Origin: a virus
Reading direction: 5' to 3' (one strand)
UHGV virus genome: UHGV-1376088
DNA length: 64,000 bases
Below are positions 22,201 through 33,100 of the stretch, piece by piece. Numbering within the stretch: the first letter of the stretch is position 1; each line of letters starts with the position of its first letter. The position numbers and the translations under genes were made by a program. The notes beneath the pieces are model-generated. The model had not been told where the DNA came from, searched no databases, and saw only the letters and a program-made list of their open reading frames with translations.

Positions 22201-25182
22201 CGCAGGACGCTTATTGAAGATTAACCATGTACCGATTTTCTCTTGTGTAGCTGGAGAAAAAGACGTATTGCCATTTAATCGCAATCCCTGAACAGCGGCC
22301 CTTAATGTTACAGGTATAACTTGATACTTACCTACGGCATGAAGCTGACCTGCATTTTGCATAGCCATAACTTGGGCAACTGTTTTATTCGATAACCCTT
22401 TGTTTCCGGAATTTAATTTTTTACCATTATACCAGTTTGCAATGTCATAACTTCCGCCACTCTCACCATTAGCTATGAATTCCTTTAGGGTCATTATACT
22501 GGACCTTGCATTTGAACCACCTCTGGCATATGCAGCAGCAGAATAAGAAGAATTCGTTTTACTAGATGTAGCAATAGAGGTCGGACCATTTGTTGTTTTT
22601 CCGTAATAAGCTTTAGGGCTAATAACCTTGCCATTTATTCTTATTTCGTAATGCAAATGAGGACCTGTAGATCCACCGGTATTGCCTGATAGTCCAATAA
22701 CCTGACCTCTACTAACTTTTGAACCCTCTCTTACAAGGATTCTGCTTAAATGGGCATATCTTGTTTCGATTCCATTTGAGTGCTTAACGAATATCACATT
22801 GCCGTATCCGCGCTTACCATTCTTGTTCATTTGGAATTTAGCAACGGAAACAACGCCATCGTCTGCAACTCGGACAGGTGTACCTACTGGGACTGGCATA
22901 TCTAAGCCCATATGCCTTCCGCCAAAGTTTTGCAGGTCTCTTCCTAGCCTTGTGTATGCAACAATATTTTCAAGAGGCAACAATCTTTTGTTTGAACTTG
23001 TACTTACCTTATAGTCTCTTTCGTATTGCTCTCTTGTGTAAACTAAGTCTACGTTTGCTTTCTTTTTAGGAGAAGTGCCGCCTGCCGGGTCTTGAACCAT
23101 GACAGATGCACCGGTAGTAGAGTTACCACCAGCATCATTCATAGCAGGAGCTGTTGTATAGATATTAAGGTCAGTCTTAATTAATGCTCCTGTAGCCTCA
23201 AGAAGCTTATTAATTTCCGGGAGTTTTTCATCCCAATAAGCAACTACTTTGTCTGGAGATAGAATGCCTTGGTCGTATATAAATGGAAATGAAGATAAAT
23301 CTTTCCAGCTTTTATATTCTTTTGTCGGCGTTAAATCAGAGAAGATTTCTTTGATTCTTAAGTCAGGAATACCTTCGCCGCCAAATGAAGTGTAACTCCC
23401 TTCCATTTTCTCTATCCAATTTTTCTCTTTTTGCAGGTCTTCTTTGAGTGCCTTAATTGTAATTGGATTGAGATTTGTTACGGTCTCAAAATACAGAGAT
23501 TCTATTTCTGAATCTAATAAACGAATACGTTCTAATGTGATTCTTTCCTCTGATCCCGATGCTGTATTTGCAGATATAAGCTGCATATACATTTGGATAA
23601 TGTATACTGATTTTTGTGTTGCATCTGCCTTTTTGAAAACGTCAGAATCCTGTAATGCCTTAGCTTCTGACAGTTCAGAATCAGCCGTTCTTTTTAAGGC
23701 ATCGATAAGGCGGTTGTTAATTGCAGATACAATGGTGTCGTATTCTGATGTACTAGAGCCATCTTTCTTGAGCGTCTTGTACTGACTTATTACCTCAATA
23801 AGTCTTTGAGCTTTATTTGCGGCGTCGTTCCATCCGTTAACAGATGATGCCAATACATATCTGCTTGACTCTATTGCCCCGTAAGAATCGGATTCTATGA
23901 AAGTAAAATTGTTTATTAATAGATTATTTAACGAACCAGATGTTGTTGCATGAGATGAATCTAAAACTGCGTATTTAATACCCAGTCCGTTTACAAGAGG
24001 ATTCTCTATAGCTAAAACGTCAAGACCTTTTAATGCCGGTGTAGATACCCTAACATAATTGGTCATCTCATCTGCTTTTTTGACTGCCTGCATGGCGGTT
24101 GTTGATGCCATACCTTTTGTATGGTTGACGGCCGTTGTGATTAAAACTTCGGAAGGTGAACGTCCAAGATATTGTGCATATGGATAAACAAACCCTTGGA
24201 CTGTTTGATTTGCAAATCTGTTTCTACGTCTCACTGTTATAGATTGAAGAGCAACGTCTCCGTCCTTAACATTTGTTCCTGCCAGTCTTTCTCTGACATA
24301 ACCGACCCAGATTCTACCGGTCTCATCATAACGCTCAGCGTTCTCATCTGTAACCTCAGATATATTAGATTGCGATGATTTTTTGCCGTCTTTTGTTTGC
24401 AATGACCCATCTAAATCTACTGTCTTCAGTGTTCTAAATTGTCTAACAAGATTCCAACAGAAGTCAGATTTTGGTCTATCCTCATACTGGATATCAGTCA
24501 TCACTAATGGCCAGCCAAGATTAAATTCAAATGAGCGGCTTAGTCCAGAGTTAAGAATAGCGTCTATATCTTCGCTAGTGTTCTTTTCAACCATAAAGCT
24601 AAGAATATTGGATTCTTCTGGATTATCAACATACTTAACATAACTTCCTGTTGATACAACCTGATCTCCATCTTCGCCATTATACTCTGATATATTCCTA
24701 ACCTTACCAGATTTTGTTTTAACCTCAGCGCCTTCTTCGATTGTGATGAATTTAATACTCTTTGCTAATGGCTTCCAGTTTACCATTTGCAATCTTAAAG
24801 AAACTGTGACTACACCCTGGTCTGCATCTGTCGATGACATCTCTGCCTGAAACTCATGCAGTGCATACATATAATATCCGGAGCCTATGCTAAGATTTAG
24901 AGGCATCAGATGGTTTTCAATGATAGCATCTGATCGAATAAATATGTATGGGAATGAATTACATATAGCTACTAGTGTTTTTAGTTTTTCAACATCTTGC
25001 GCACTCGATGCATCAAATGCGAATGTGGCAAGATGAAGCATCTCGCTATATCTGGACTTAGAGGTTAGAACCGATGTATCTCTTAAAAATTCGTGTTGGG
25101 TTGTATAAAATTTATCAACCTTGTCGAATGAGATTGGTTCCAAATCTAGCATTCCGTTGATAGAAAAAGTAAATCTTGCCAT
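19288..25182 (-). CDS. Giant virion protein (1964 aa) with an internal M23/LytM peptidase domain and a C-terminal Gly/Ala-rich hydrophobic (glycine-zipper) region. Tape-measure-like or tail-associated peptidoglycan hydrolase.
   Basis: The translation contains GGRHMGLDMPVPVGTPVRVADDG...YGNVIFVKHSNGIETRYAHL...GLSGNTGGSTGPHLHYEIRINGKV, which carries the HxxxD and HxH signature of M23 peptidases. It is followed by an ESGGSY segment that may be glycosidase-like, and by the C-terminal stretch ...GGLLTASTYGAASRVFGGSILGKAS...AAGGFIATAAVSALVVVLVYGALA. Confidence 0.75.
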   Translation of the reverse strand: MARFTFSINGMLDLEPISFDKVDKFYTTQHEFLRDTSVLTSKSRYSEMLHLATFAFDASSAQDVEKLKTLVAICNSFPYIFIRSDAIIENHLMPLNLSIGSGYYMYALHEFQAEMSSTDADQGVVTVSLRLQMVNWKPLAKSIKFITIEEGAEVKTKSGKVRNISEYNGEDGDQVVSTGSYVKYVDNPEESNILSFMVEKNTSEDIDAILNSGLSRSFEFNLGWPLVMTDIQYEDRPKSDFCWNLVRQFRTLKTVDLDGSLQTKDGKKSSQSNISEVTDENAERYDETGRIWVGYVRERLAGTNVKDGDVALQSITVRRRNRFANQTVQGFVYPYAQYLGRSPSEVLITTAVNHTKGMASTTAMQAVKKADEMTNYVRVSTPALKGLDVLAIENPLVNGLGIKYAVLDSSHATTSGSLNNLLINNFTFIESDSYGAIESSRYVLASSVNGWNDAANKAQRLIEVISQYKTLKKDGSSTSEYDTIVSAINNRLIDALKRTADSELSEAKALQDSDVFKKADATQKSVYIIQMYMQLISANTASGSEERITLERIRLLDSEIESLYFETVTNLNPITIKALKEDLQKEKNWIEKMEGSYTSFGGEGIPDLRIKEIFSDLTPTKEYKSWKDLSSFPFIYDQGILSPDKVVAYWDEKLPEINKLLEATGALIKTDLNIYTTAPAMNDAGGNSTTGASVMVQDPAGGTSPKKKANVDLVYTREQYERDYKVSTSSNKRLLPLENIVAYTRLGRDLQNFGGRHMGLDMPVPVGTPVRVADDGVVSVAKFQMNKNGKRGYGNVIFVKHSNGIETRYAHLSRILVREGSKVSRGQVIGLSGNTGGSTGPHLHYEIRINGKVISPKAYYGKTTNGPTSIATSSKTNSSYSAAAYARGGSNARSSIMTLKEFIANGESGGSYDIANWYNGKKLNSGNKGLSNKTVAQVMAMQNAGQLHAVGKYQVIPVTLRAAVQGLRLNGNTSFSPATQEKIGTWLIFNKRPALGAYIRGESNDLDKAHREFALEWRSIPMPDGRSASAKGDKVHSGYTPERVRQALLAARAAYVKSLSSGKSKEQAQEESVASTALARVASGESVSDVAASYVNELYAGREKDPIEAVVDPVPWTEEIQAKSRLENFVKDLNRGIQKLIPTYKVYMVHGNDENSLINLINYRQHASYYEVPAVRNIRVEMANQDNPVAVATFEVLNALNTASDPKEIRALKSEHIDIRSLNSDAARIISMDQIRLKAGNKIQIRMGYGNDPNKLSVVFNGIVTESDGGEILTIVAEGYGRELQNEQLFIGDVVPTFSFLSDIDNLYVSAAVAKVLKSANLDSFGRNPRWFADNNNFRDVRGMANETLASNTVGDSGIGFSNSLWNSQLDEYFFYSAKGATESLENFWLMNVDMADRFFVTSLKDLFPFSLNDFFSNFNVVNKTVWDVLTTGRRMFPSSVLLVKNIEGRSTTFSGIKEQMMIGKEKPTSLAAEFLSKVQKKADFKKEAEEALAGDTTGIGNSYVENHMKDRINVIGEQTLKSNGSDIIELLDAAKADQYVDISSYVPATNFHMFNSSYNLISNQMKLDQNCITGAKVEYNSDPEDFGYGEDIFDMKANGGLKGSLTKFGYVNDNSISSVGMAIKTAQGYLLEELEKMYNGAIIITGNPDVQPGDYAFIQDDLRNMSGVIKCREVQHVFTDFDGYITIITPGMFVEPSTHMYSNLYMKLGIFMNFVSTAASEYAQVSSAETIPGLIYDQTAFEPTDLGASVYLLGVGNVALGGLLTASTYGAASRVFGGSILGKASKGLSLAARAGKAVAGAGWVRSLAHTAMSFGSSVGSKALQVLPRAARVISAVRGFAAGGRAVATAAMGYAAGGFIATAAVSALVVVLVYGALAMVQNLIESYALKLEMRHRALMKFPVKVYGQEYTAGLTGWNDTETPLELQANTVIESIRALGDINEATMRAGYDGSQYALYFKLATD

Positions 25183-25191
25183 ATTCTTCTC

Positions 25192-28100
25192 TTAGTAATT
25201 TCTATTGTCAAATGTTACTGTTGATCTTTGATTTGTATCGCCTTGAATTAAGCCTCTTAACCCCTGCTTGATTCTGGCATCAGAATAACCGCTAATTACG
25301 TGTCCATTGATTGTTATAGAATTCGGGTCATTTCCCCAATCTTTTACATAGCTTGTTTCTGATGTTCTTCCTTCCAATACAGGGGTTGTTCTAGCTGTTG
25401 GAGCATTATACATAGGTGAGCTTGGATTTGGAGTTTCGGATCTGCTAATCATAGCCAATCCGGCCATTCCTGCCGCGCCTAAAATAAGTTTGTTCTTATT
25501 GTGTTTTAATGTATCTAAAACGCTATAAGCACCGTCCTCTATTTTATTAATGGTACTAGAATTTGGCTCAAAAGGCAACACTTCGGGACCCACTGGGCTG
25601 TTTCTAGCGGCGGCAGCAGTTGCTGCAGAACGCCAATTAGAACCACCGTGCTTACTGCCGACCATACCTGTCGGATCACCTAACACTTCTTTCCCATATT
25701 TACCTACAGACTTTCTAATTGTGTCAATAGATTTCTGGATAGACCTTCCAACATCATCATCTGAGTGCTGGTATAAAGACCCCATAAAGTCACCAATAAT
25801 GCCACCAAGCTTGTCAAAGTTTGCGCGTTTACCTCGGTTTGACTCCATGAATTCTTCTATTTGCTCAGCTAGATTTTCTGACACTCCACCCTTGTTTGCT
25901 AAACGAACAGACTTAAGAGTGTTCTCTTGCATCATGTAGGCTGCCTGGTCAGCGATGTAATATCTTGCCCTAATTTCTTCAATTGCAGCTTTTCTCGCAG
26001 CTTCATCCATTTCTATTCTTGACAACAGCTCCATCTCTTCGTCTTTTGCTCGTTTTAGTGAGCCTTCTACCAATTGATGGAATGCAGTTACCCTAGGGGC
26101 TTCAATATCACGTTCTTTACCAGACATGATATTTTCGATCAGCTTTTTAGTTGGATCACTGACGCCGGAGATATTGGTAAACTTCTTATTAGCCTCATTA
26201 AGCTTTGGTGTCAATTTGGTAATTGCTGCTTTATGACTTTTCACCATCTCTGCTTGGCGTTTCATGATGGCAGCCATCTCTTTATTGTGCTTAGCGAAAT
26301 CTTTAGACTTAGTATCTAGAACGGATAGCAATGCTTTGTCATCGTCAAAGTCACCGGAATTCCATTTCATCATCTGGGCATCCATGCTAACGGCCATACC
26401 ATTTTTTATATTCTTATCGACAATTATCTCTGTGCTAAGAACAGAGTTTGGACCAGTTGCAGGCTCACGAGTGAATAGGCCATGAACAGGAAGCTTTCCT
26501 TCCTCGTCCATAACCCTAAACATTCCGCTGTCGCCTATCTCTTGATACTTAAACCTCTTCTTGTCAAGACCATACTCAGAAGCGGCCTCTTCGGATATAA
26601 ATACTCTTATCTTATCCTTATTCATACCAGCATCGAACACTGCCTGTTGAGCATGAGTTAACGGTTGAACTGTTGAATATGAGGCGTTCCTATAATTTCT
26701 ACCGGCTGCCGCTTTTTTAAGTGGAGAACCAGTTACATTCTGAAAATCCTTATATTCCTTAAATGCATTCATATATGCTGTAGCTGCAAACTCTTCTGCA
26801 ACTCCGCCTATACCTTTGGCATTAAAATAGTCAGACAAAGAAAGAAGTAGATTTCTTCTAATCTTAGTTGCCTCTTTTGTGGCATCCTTACCATTAGGAA
26901 GTTCTGCATATCCGCTGATATTGCTATCTAGAATTGGGATGGATAAAGACTTATGGTTTTTAAACTCTTTGGCCATTCCTTTTGGAACTGGCAGGTCAAT
27001 ATTTAGTATTCCATCTTGTGGCTTAATATGGCTTAGCGAGCCGCCTTCTTCGAATGCAGCAATACGTCTTGCTTCGTCCTTATGAAATAGGTCTTCAATT
27101 TGAATAGCACGTTCTCTTTGGTCAGCATCAAATACATTACCAAACTGATGACCATTCTCCATTTCCATAGCTCTAGCTTTGACCTCATATATTGCATCCA
27201 TATTGACTGTTGTTAAAGCATCTTTTAGCTCATGTGAGTTTGTCAGATTATCGAATTTACCTGCGGCCATCCATGACATTTTCTGTCCTCGACTTGATTC
27301 GCCAGTAAGAGCGGCTGTACCTGGACGTAAACCTGCTAGATTGTATAAACCCATTTTTGCACCAATGGACTCTAGGCCCATATAGTCTGCTTTTATTGCA
27401 TTATACATTTGGCCGTAACTAATTTTGCCTGAAGAATATAGATTCTGACGTTTACTTGAGGCTTTAATTAGTTCTGCCATTGCTGATGATATATCAGTAT
27501 CTTTGCCGATATTTATTGCTACTGTTGAACCGTCACCAAGTGCAACTTTGAATACGGAAGAGTTGCCTCGTTTAACAGCCTTATCGTGTGCTTGTGATAA
27601 ATTTCCAAGCATAGTGCCCAATGCAATATTTGAGAACTTAGGATCTTCGACTGCTTTTGCTGCGAATAAGCTTGCTCTAGCCTGTTTAACTTCTTTACCG
27701 GCGGTGTTTGAATCTATTCCAGCTTCTGATAGCTTAGCGAATGAAGATTTCAAATCCTTTAGCGCTTGTGGGGCGTCGTCTGGAAGCTCTTCGGCCAGAT
27801 CGAATCCACTATTGGTTATAACTTCTCCGATTATATTTTTTGCCCTATTAATTTGGCTATTATCTCTGAAGTTATTAACCTCTAAATTTTGTAGAGTATA
27901 ACCGGCCTTAAAGTCTTCTGAACGAACATTGATGTCTCTGTATGTACCTCTAACCTTTGATAGGGCAACATCCATCTCTGCGGGGTTCTGCTCTACGAAC
28001 TTCTCAATGGCACCTCTAAATTCTTTTGGAGAGAAATGGCTACGTCCTTCGGGTAATACTTTTTGAAGCTGACCATGTCTCTCGAGATTTCTTGTATTCT

Positions 28101-30192
28101 TTGACGACACAACGACTGCGCCGTTTTCCATTGAGATAGATCCTTCTTTTTCAAATCTATCTATGATTTCTTTCAATGCGAAATCGCGCTCGGTCCTGTG
28201 AGTGGATGTAGACTTAACATCGTTAAAGATTTTGATACCAGAATTTGAATCTGTATCTGTAACAATATTATTTTTGCCTACAAATTTATATCCATCTCTG
28301 GTGTTTTCAATTCTTGAAACTGTAAATGAGTCCACTGTTTTAGGAATCGTATATTCCTTACCTCCAAAGAATCCAATACTCTCTCCGCCCTTGTATATGA
28401 CACTGTTTCCGTTTTGAATTTGACCAAGCTTAGCGATTTGCTCTTCAGTTCCGGTAAATGCACCTTGTCCAAGCTTAACAGTTCCTGGCGCATTAAGATG
28501 AATACCTTTAAGCATTTGTTCGGTCTTACCATCTTCGAGCACCATACCCATGACTGCGCTACCAATAGTATGATTAAAATTGCTGTCGTGACCTGCAATT
28601 GATGCTAGAATTGCTCCGCTAAAATTGTGACCAAGCCCTTGCTCTACTAGTAATTTAGAGGCACCAGCAATACGTTTTGTTTCTTCGTGTGTTGTATTTG
28701 CAAGATCAATTATAGTGCCTCTTGATACTGTACCAGTAGATCGTTCAGGGTGTGGTGATATACCAGCGATTGCTTGTCCCGCCTGCTCTATGCTAGATAC
28801 GGAATATGTTCTTTGACGGATATTTGATGGAATTGTAGATAGACCTGTTTGATCAATCATTGCCTGATTGATCGTGTTCATTATTCTTCGTGAATCTTCT
28901 AATGAGCTGGCATCTTTCATTCTTACGATTTTTCCATCTTCGGAAGAACTGAATTGAAGTTTTGTATCAAGAGATGGAGCCCTAACTACATTGCTTCCAT
29001 CATCTGGTCCAACATAAGCACCAAGACTGTTTACTTTCTCTAGCGCCTTACCGTATGGTGTTCCTTCTACATGGCCCATAAATCCTGCAACTTCAAGATT
29101 TGTGAATCCATCAATTACGGCATTATCAGCAATAGTAGAGCTAATAATGACACTTTTGCCATCTGATGACAGTGAGGCAAGCTCTATTCCACCCAACGTA
29201 GAACCAATAGAGTCCGCAAATGGTTGGTACAACTTCCCTTCGTATATATTGCCGTTCTTGGCATATTGTAAGACCCCGTCTCTTTTTATTGGGATAAGGT
29301 CTTTTATAACTTCTCCGTCTGGCATTTTAATTGAGATGTCAGAGTTTGAAATATCAATTGCGGCGCCGGGATAGAAATTACTGATATTGCGTGCAAATCT
29401 TTCTGCAAACGCATTATCGTGCCCAAGTGTTCCAGATAGATAACCTTTAAGGGCATTTATCTTCTCTTCTATACTTGCTGTTCTATCAATTGAAAGAGAC
29501 CCTATATTGGGAACTTCTTTGTTTTTAACCCAGCTCATATCAACAGTTCTTAGCTTAGAGGCATAGTCAATCTCTCCTGCTTTTACTGCTGAAGAAATCA
29601 TCTCATTTGATGATGCGCGTCTAAGAATTTTGAAATGCTCGTCGTTTATCTTTCCTGAAGAAATTAGGCTTGAAAGTTCTTCTGCGCTATATTGACCGCG
29701 TATAAACTTCATTGCGCCGCTTTGACCTAAAGTTTCCGCTATATCCATATTCGACAAGGAGTTGAAATTATGAAGTACAGCATTCTCCCATTTAGATATA
29801 GAACTATTAGTTCTATCAACGGCAGCACTTCTCATAGAATCGGTCATGATACCCTTATTCTTTTGAGCCTGTTGTGTTGCCTCACGAAGACTTCTTCGTC
29901 CGGAGAATCTAGTCATAGCATCATAACGCTTGGCCTGTCTTTGCATCTCCGAACTGTAGCCATCTTCTGTTAACGCTCGATTTGCCCTGCTATTAAGCTT
30001 AGTGTGGTCGACTGCAATATCAGCGGCACCACGAGGGGCCCGCTCTCTTCTATTTGATTTAACGACTTCAATTGAGGAACCAATTAAAGCACCTAATCCA
30101 ATGCCAGCGATGGATGAAATCGGACTGTCAATTGGGTCACCTGCCATAAAGCCGACGGTCGCACCGCCGAGCACTAGATTATTCATTGCCAT
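25192..30192 (-). CDS. Giant virion protein (1666 aa). It has an N-terminal glycine-zipper hydrophobic segment, a long coiled-coil near the C-terminus and an internal NSGDFDDD motif. Putative ejected internal or tape-measure-like protein.
   Basis: N-terminus is MAMNNLVLGGATVGFMAGDPIDSPISSIAGIGLGALIGSSIEVV. The C-terminal region is coiled-coil-like (...EMELLSRIEMDEAARKAAIEEIRARYY...). No enzymatic domain securely recognised. Confidence 0.5.
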   Translation of the reverse strand: MAMNNLVLGGATVGFMAGDPIDSPISSIAGIGLGALIGSSIEVVKSNRRERAPRGAADIAVDHTKLNSRANRALTEDGYSSEMQRQAKRYDAMTRFSGRRSLREATQQAQKNKGIMTDSMRSAAVDRTNSSISKWENAVLHNFNSLSNMDIAETLGQSGAMKFIRGQYSAEELSSLISSGKINDEHFKILRRASSNEMISSAVKAGEIDYASKLRTVDMSWVKNKEVPNIGSLSIDRTASIEEKINALKGYLSGTLGHDNAFAERFARNISNFYPGAAIDISNSDISIKMPDGEVIKDLIPIKRDGVLQYAKNGNIYEGKLYQPFADSIGSTLGGIELASLSSDGKSVIISSTIADNAVIDGFTNLEVAGFMGHVEGTPYGKALEKVNSLGAYVGPDDGSNVVRAPSLDTKLQFSSSEDGKIVRMKDASSLEDSRRIMNTINQAMIDQTGLSTIPSNIRQRTYSVSSIEQAGQAIAGISPHPERSTGTVSRGTIIDLANTTHEETKRIAGASKLLVEQGLGHNFSGAILASIAGHDSNFNHTIGSAVMGMVLEDGKTEQMLKGIHLNAPGTVKLGQGAFTGTEEQIAKLGQIQNGNSVIYKGGESIGFFGGKEYTIPKTVDSFTVSRIENTRDGYKFVGKNNIVTDTDSNSGIKIFNDVKSTSTHRTERDFALKEIIDRFEKEGSISMENGAVVVSSKNTRNLERHGQLQKVLPEGRSHFSPKEFRGAIEKFVEQNPAEMDVALSKVRGTYRDINVRSEDFKAGYTLQNLEVNNFRDNSQINRAKNIIGEVITNSGFDLAEELPDDAPQALKDLKSSFAKLSEAGIDSNTAGKEVKQARASLFAAKAVEDPKFSNIALGTMLGNLSQAHDKAVKRGNSSVFKVALGDGSTVAINIGKDTDISSAMAELIKASSKRQNLYSSGKISYGQMYNAIKADYMGLESIGAKMGLYNLAGLRPGTAALTGESSRGQKMSWMAAGKFDNLTNSHELKDALTTVNMDAIYEVKARAMEMENGHQFGNVFDADQRERAIQIEDLFHKDEARRIAAFEEGGSLSHIKPQDGILNIDLPVPKGMAKEFKNHKSLSIPILDSNISGYAELPNGKDATKEATKIRRNLLLSLSDYFNAKGIGGVAEEFAATAYMNAFKEYKDFQNVTGSPLKKAAAGRNYRNASYSTVQPLTHAQQAVFDAGMNKDKIRVFISEEAASEYGLDKKRFKYQEIGDSGMFRVMDEEGKLPVHGLFTREPATGPNSVLSTEIIVDKNIKNGMAVSMDAQMMKWNSGDFDDDKALLSVLDTKSKDFAKHNKEMAAIMKRQAEMVKSHKAAITKLTPKLNEANKKFTNISGVSDPTKKLIENIMSGKERDIEAPRVTAFHQLVEGSLKRAKDEEMELLSRIEMDEAARKAAIEEIRARYYIADQAAYMMQENTLKSVRLANKGGVSENLAEQIEEFMESNRGKRANFDKLGGIIGDFMGSLYQHSDDDVGRSIQKSIDTIRKSVGKYGKEVLGDPTGMVGSKHGGSNWRSAATAAAARNSPVGPEVLPFEPNSSTINKIEDGAYSVLDTLKHNKNKLILGAAGMAGLAMISRSETPNPSSPMYNAPTARTTPVLEGRTSETSYVKDWGNDPNSITINGHVISGYSDARIKQGLRGLIQGDTNQRSTVTFDNRNY

Positions 30193-30195
30193 ATC

Positions 30196-33100
30196 TTAAC
30201 CTATGTTTATATTCTGATCACTGAATCCAGTGTTTGAGAAGCGAATATCTTTTGCAAATATTCCTTGTTTCATTAACTGGTCTTTTACTAATAATGATCT
30301 TTGAAATTCTCGTCTTGCTCTTGTCTCTTTTATTGAGGCTAATTGGGTTGTTACCTGGTCCTCATTTAAGATGTATGACTGCCTAGATAGGTCGTCTTCA
30401 TCGGACTGCCAAAAACCATATTCACGAACGTCTTCTTTTGATAGTTGAAGAGCTCTTAATTTTACATCTTTAATTTCAATGCGCGGATCCCATCCTGCAA
30501 AATCTTCTGTTGGAATACCTGTAGCTTCCTCAATTAACGATGCGGCTCTTAGCTCCTGAACATACTCTCTAAACGATATACCTATATCTGCATCTTTGCT
30601 ATTCTTATAAGCCATATACGCAGAGTGGTTATCATTAATCAGATCCTGTTCTTCTTGTTGAATCAATGCCGAAATATCTTCTCCGTTATCGATAGCGTCT
30701 TTTCTTGCCCATAACATTTTGTACATTTCGGAAGTATTATTTTCGTCAACAATTCTAGATATCTTACCTCTGTCCGACTCTTTTGCGTTTACAAAAGAAG
30801 AAAAATATGCCCGCTCATTATCAGATAGTGCACCATATGCAGACTCTACATCCTGTCTGGTATCAAGTCCAGATGCAACGGCGCCGTAAACAGTTCTACT
30901 TGCTTTCTGTTTTGCTATTGAAGCTTCATAACTATTTACACCGGCAGACTTTCTATAAATTTGCATTTGCTTGTAAAATTCTAATGCATCAAAGTAGTTG
31001 TCTACATTTCTACGCTCTTGGATATACTCAGGGACATGTTCTGAATCTATGTATTTGTATGAGTCTTCTGCGAATGGTCTTATGAAATGCTCGTATGGCT
31101 TATTCCATAGCGCAGTGTCGCCTTCTGATAATTGTGTTTTTACATAGTCCTCTATTGCGGTTCTTTGGTGTAATAGTTTACCGGCAGGACGGAAGAAAGT
31201 TAGGCGTTCTGTTGATAGCTCTGCATTATGGGTTGTACTTTCCCATAATGAACCGAGCATTCTTCCCCACATTGAAATACCATCTAGTTCTTCTTCTGTT
31301 TTGTATTCAAAGAACCGTTTCTTTCTTGATCGCTCCTGAGATTGTATGTATATCTCTTCGAATCTGGCTGCATCTTCGTCAGACATTTCTGTCTCTTCTC
31401 CTGCAACCTTTCTTCTGTATAAATCCTCCATCTTCTCATGCATCTTGTAGTATTCGTTACTACCAAATGCTACGTCAGACAAGATTTTGAATTTATCTAT
31501 ATCAGGATAGTCATTGGGATCAACACCAGATAGCTCTGGGTTCCATGTTTCATAGCCTTTACCGGGGAGTCTATCGTAACCATTCTCTACCTTGTCCCAA
31601 AATGCACCTCTGGAGAAATCATTGAAGTAACCACCATTAGGCAACCATTCTGGTGAAGCAGTATTTTTAAGTGGGTTAAATCTTTCTCCGGTAACATCTG
31701 CAGACATCGGAATAATGCGTCGGGTAACGTCGGCAGCGCCAAGCATACCGCCCAGGTTTTGTGCTTCAAAATCCTTAGCAATATTTGTTGCTTCGCCTGA
31801 TCTAGCGTATTGTGTTTTAAGATCCGGAATTCCTAATCCGAAATCTTTAAGCACACCAGAAGCTGCCCAACCTTTAAGACCAATGAAATCTAATCCAGAG
31901 GATACTATATAGTTTGCAGATTCTGTATTAGGGTCATACTTTGCCAATTCGCCGTATGTACTTTTACCCTCGCCAATTAGGGATAATTGTTTATTTGAGA
32001 CATTTGGCGTTATCGACAATGCAGGGATTATTTGAGGTTCACCAGATTCTTGTAGTTCACTGGTTAACTCTTTCATCCTTGGATTAATTAGGTCCGGCTT
32101 GATTGCGTCCCCAAATGCCATTTGAAGTCCGCGACCTATCCAACCGCCCATAGATACATCCATCCCCCATACAGGGTAAGGCATATCACCTTGATGCATC
32201 TCTTCAAGTCTATATGGATTTCTTAGGTAATCAAAAGGACTAAGAAACGGATTTAGATCCTCTTTTGTATCTTGGTCTCCATAAAGGATTTTATCCTTAT
32301 TGCCGGCCATTAATCTTTGATACCAGTTCTTAGTGAAGTATTTTATTCCTTCACCTTCTATTGGTGTAGATGATGAGAACCATCCCCTGTTTTTACGAAT
32401 AGAGACATCTTTGCCGTAGATATACTCTTCTCTAATCTCGTCGCTGCTTTCGCCTATCAGTGCACCAGGAAGAAATGGCAATGCTAGTAAGGCACCTATT
32501 GCAGCACCTCTTGTTGCAAATCTTCTGGCCCTTGTACCAACTGCTAATGCGTCTTGAACTGGTGTATTTACAGCAAGTGTTGCTATATTGCGGCCGAATA
32601 TAAAGCTTTCTCTTGCGGCCTCTCTTGTAGATTTAATATAACCATCATTGGCAATAGCTGCAGGAAGTGCACGTCTACCGTAAGCAAACGTACCTCCAGC
32701 CATAGCGCCAGCTAAAGGGAAGCCAGCTAGTTTTAATAATGAAGTAGATCCAGGGGCTACGTATTCTTGTTCTTGCCTGTATTCTTCGAATCTGTCAGAT
32801 ATAGTCTCTGCATATAGTAATTTTGCACCAAGGAATGTTGTTGCTAACCCTTCAGTTATACCCTGGCCAAATCCAGATCCATCTGTGCCTATCACTTTTG
32901 AAGCATTGTCTAACGCATAAAATCCTGCTGCAAGAGCAGCCAATTTAGTTATACCATGCTTGGCATATCCTGTTGTTAATTCTTTTATTGTCGATTCGGA
33001 TGTTGCATTAGGATTGATTCGGCCATATTTGCCGATCATTTTAAATAATGTTGAGTCTTTATTTATTAATGTTCCGCCGGTTTCCTCTAGGAATCCAAGA

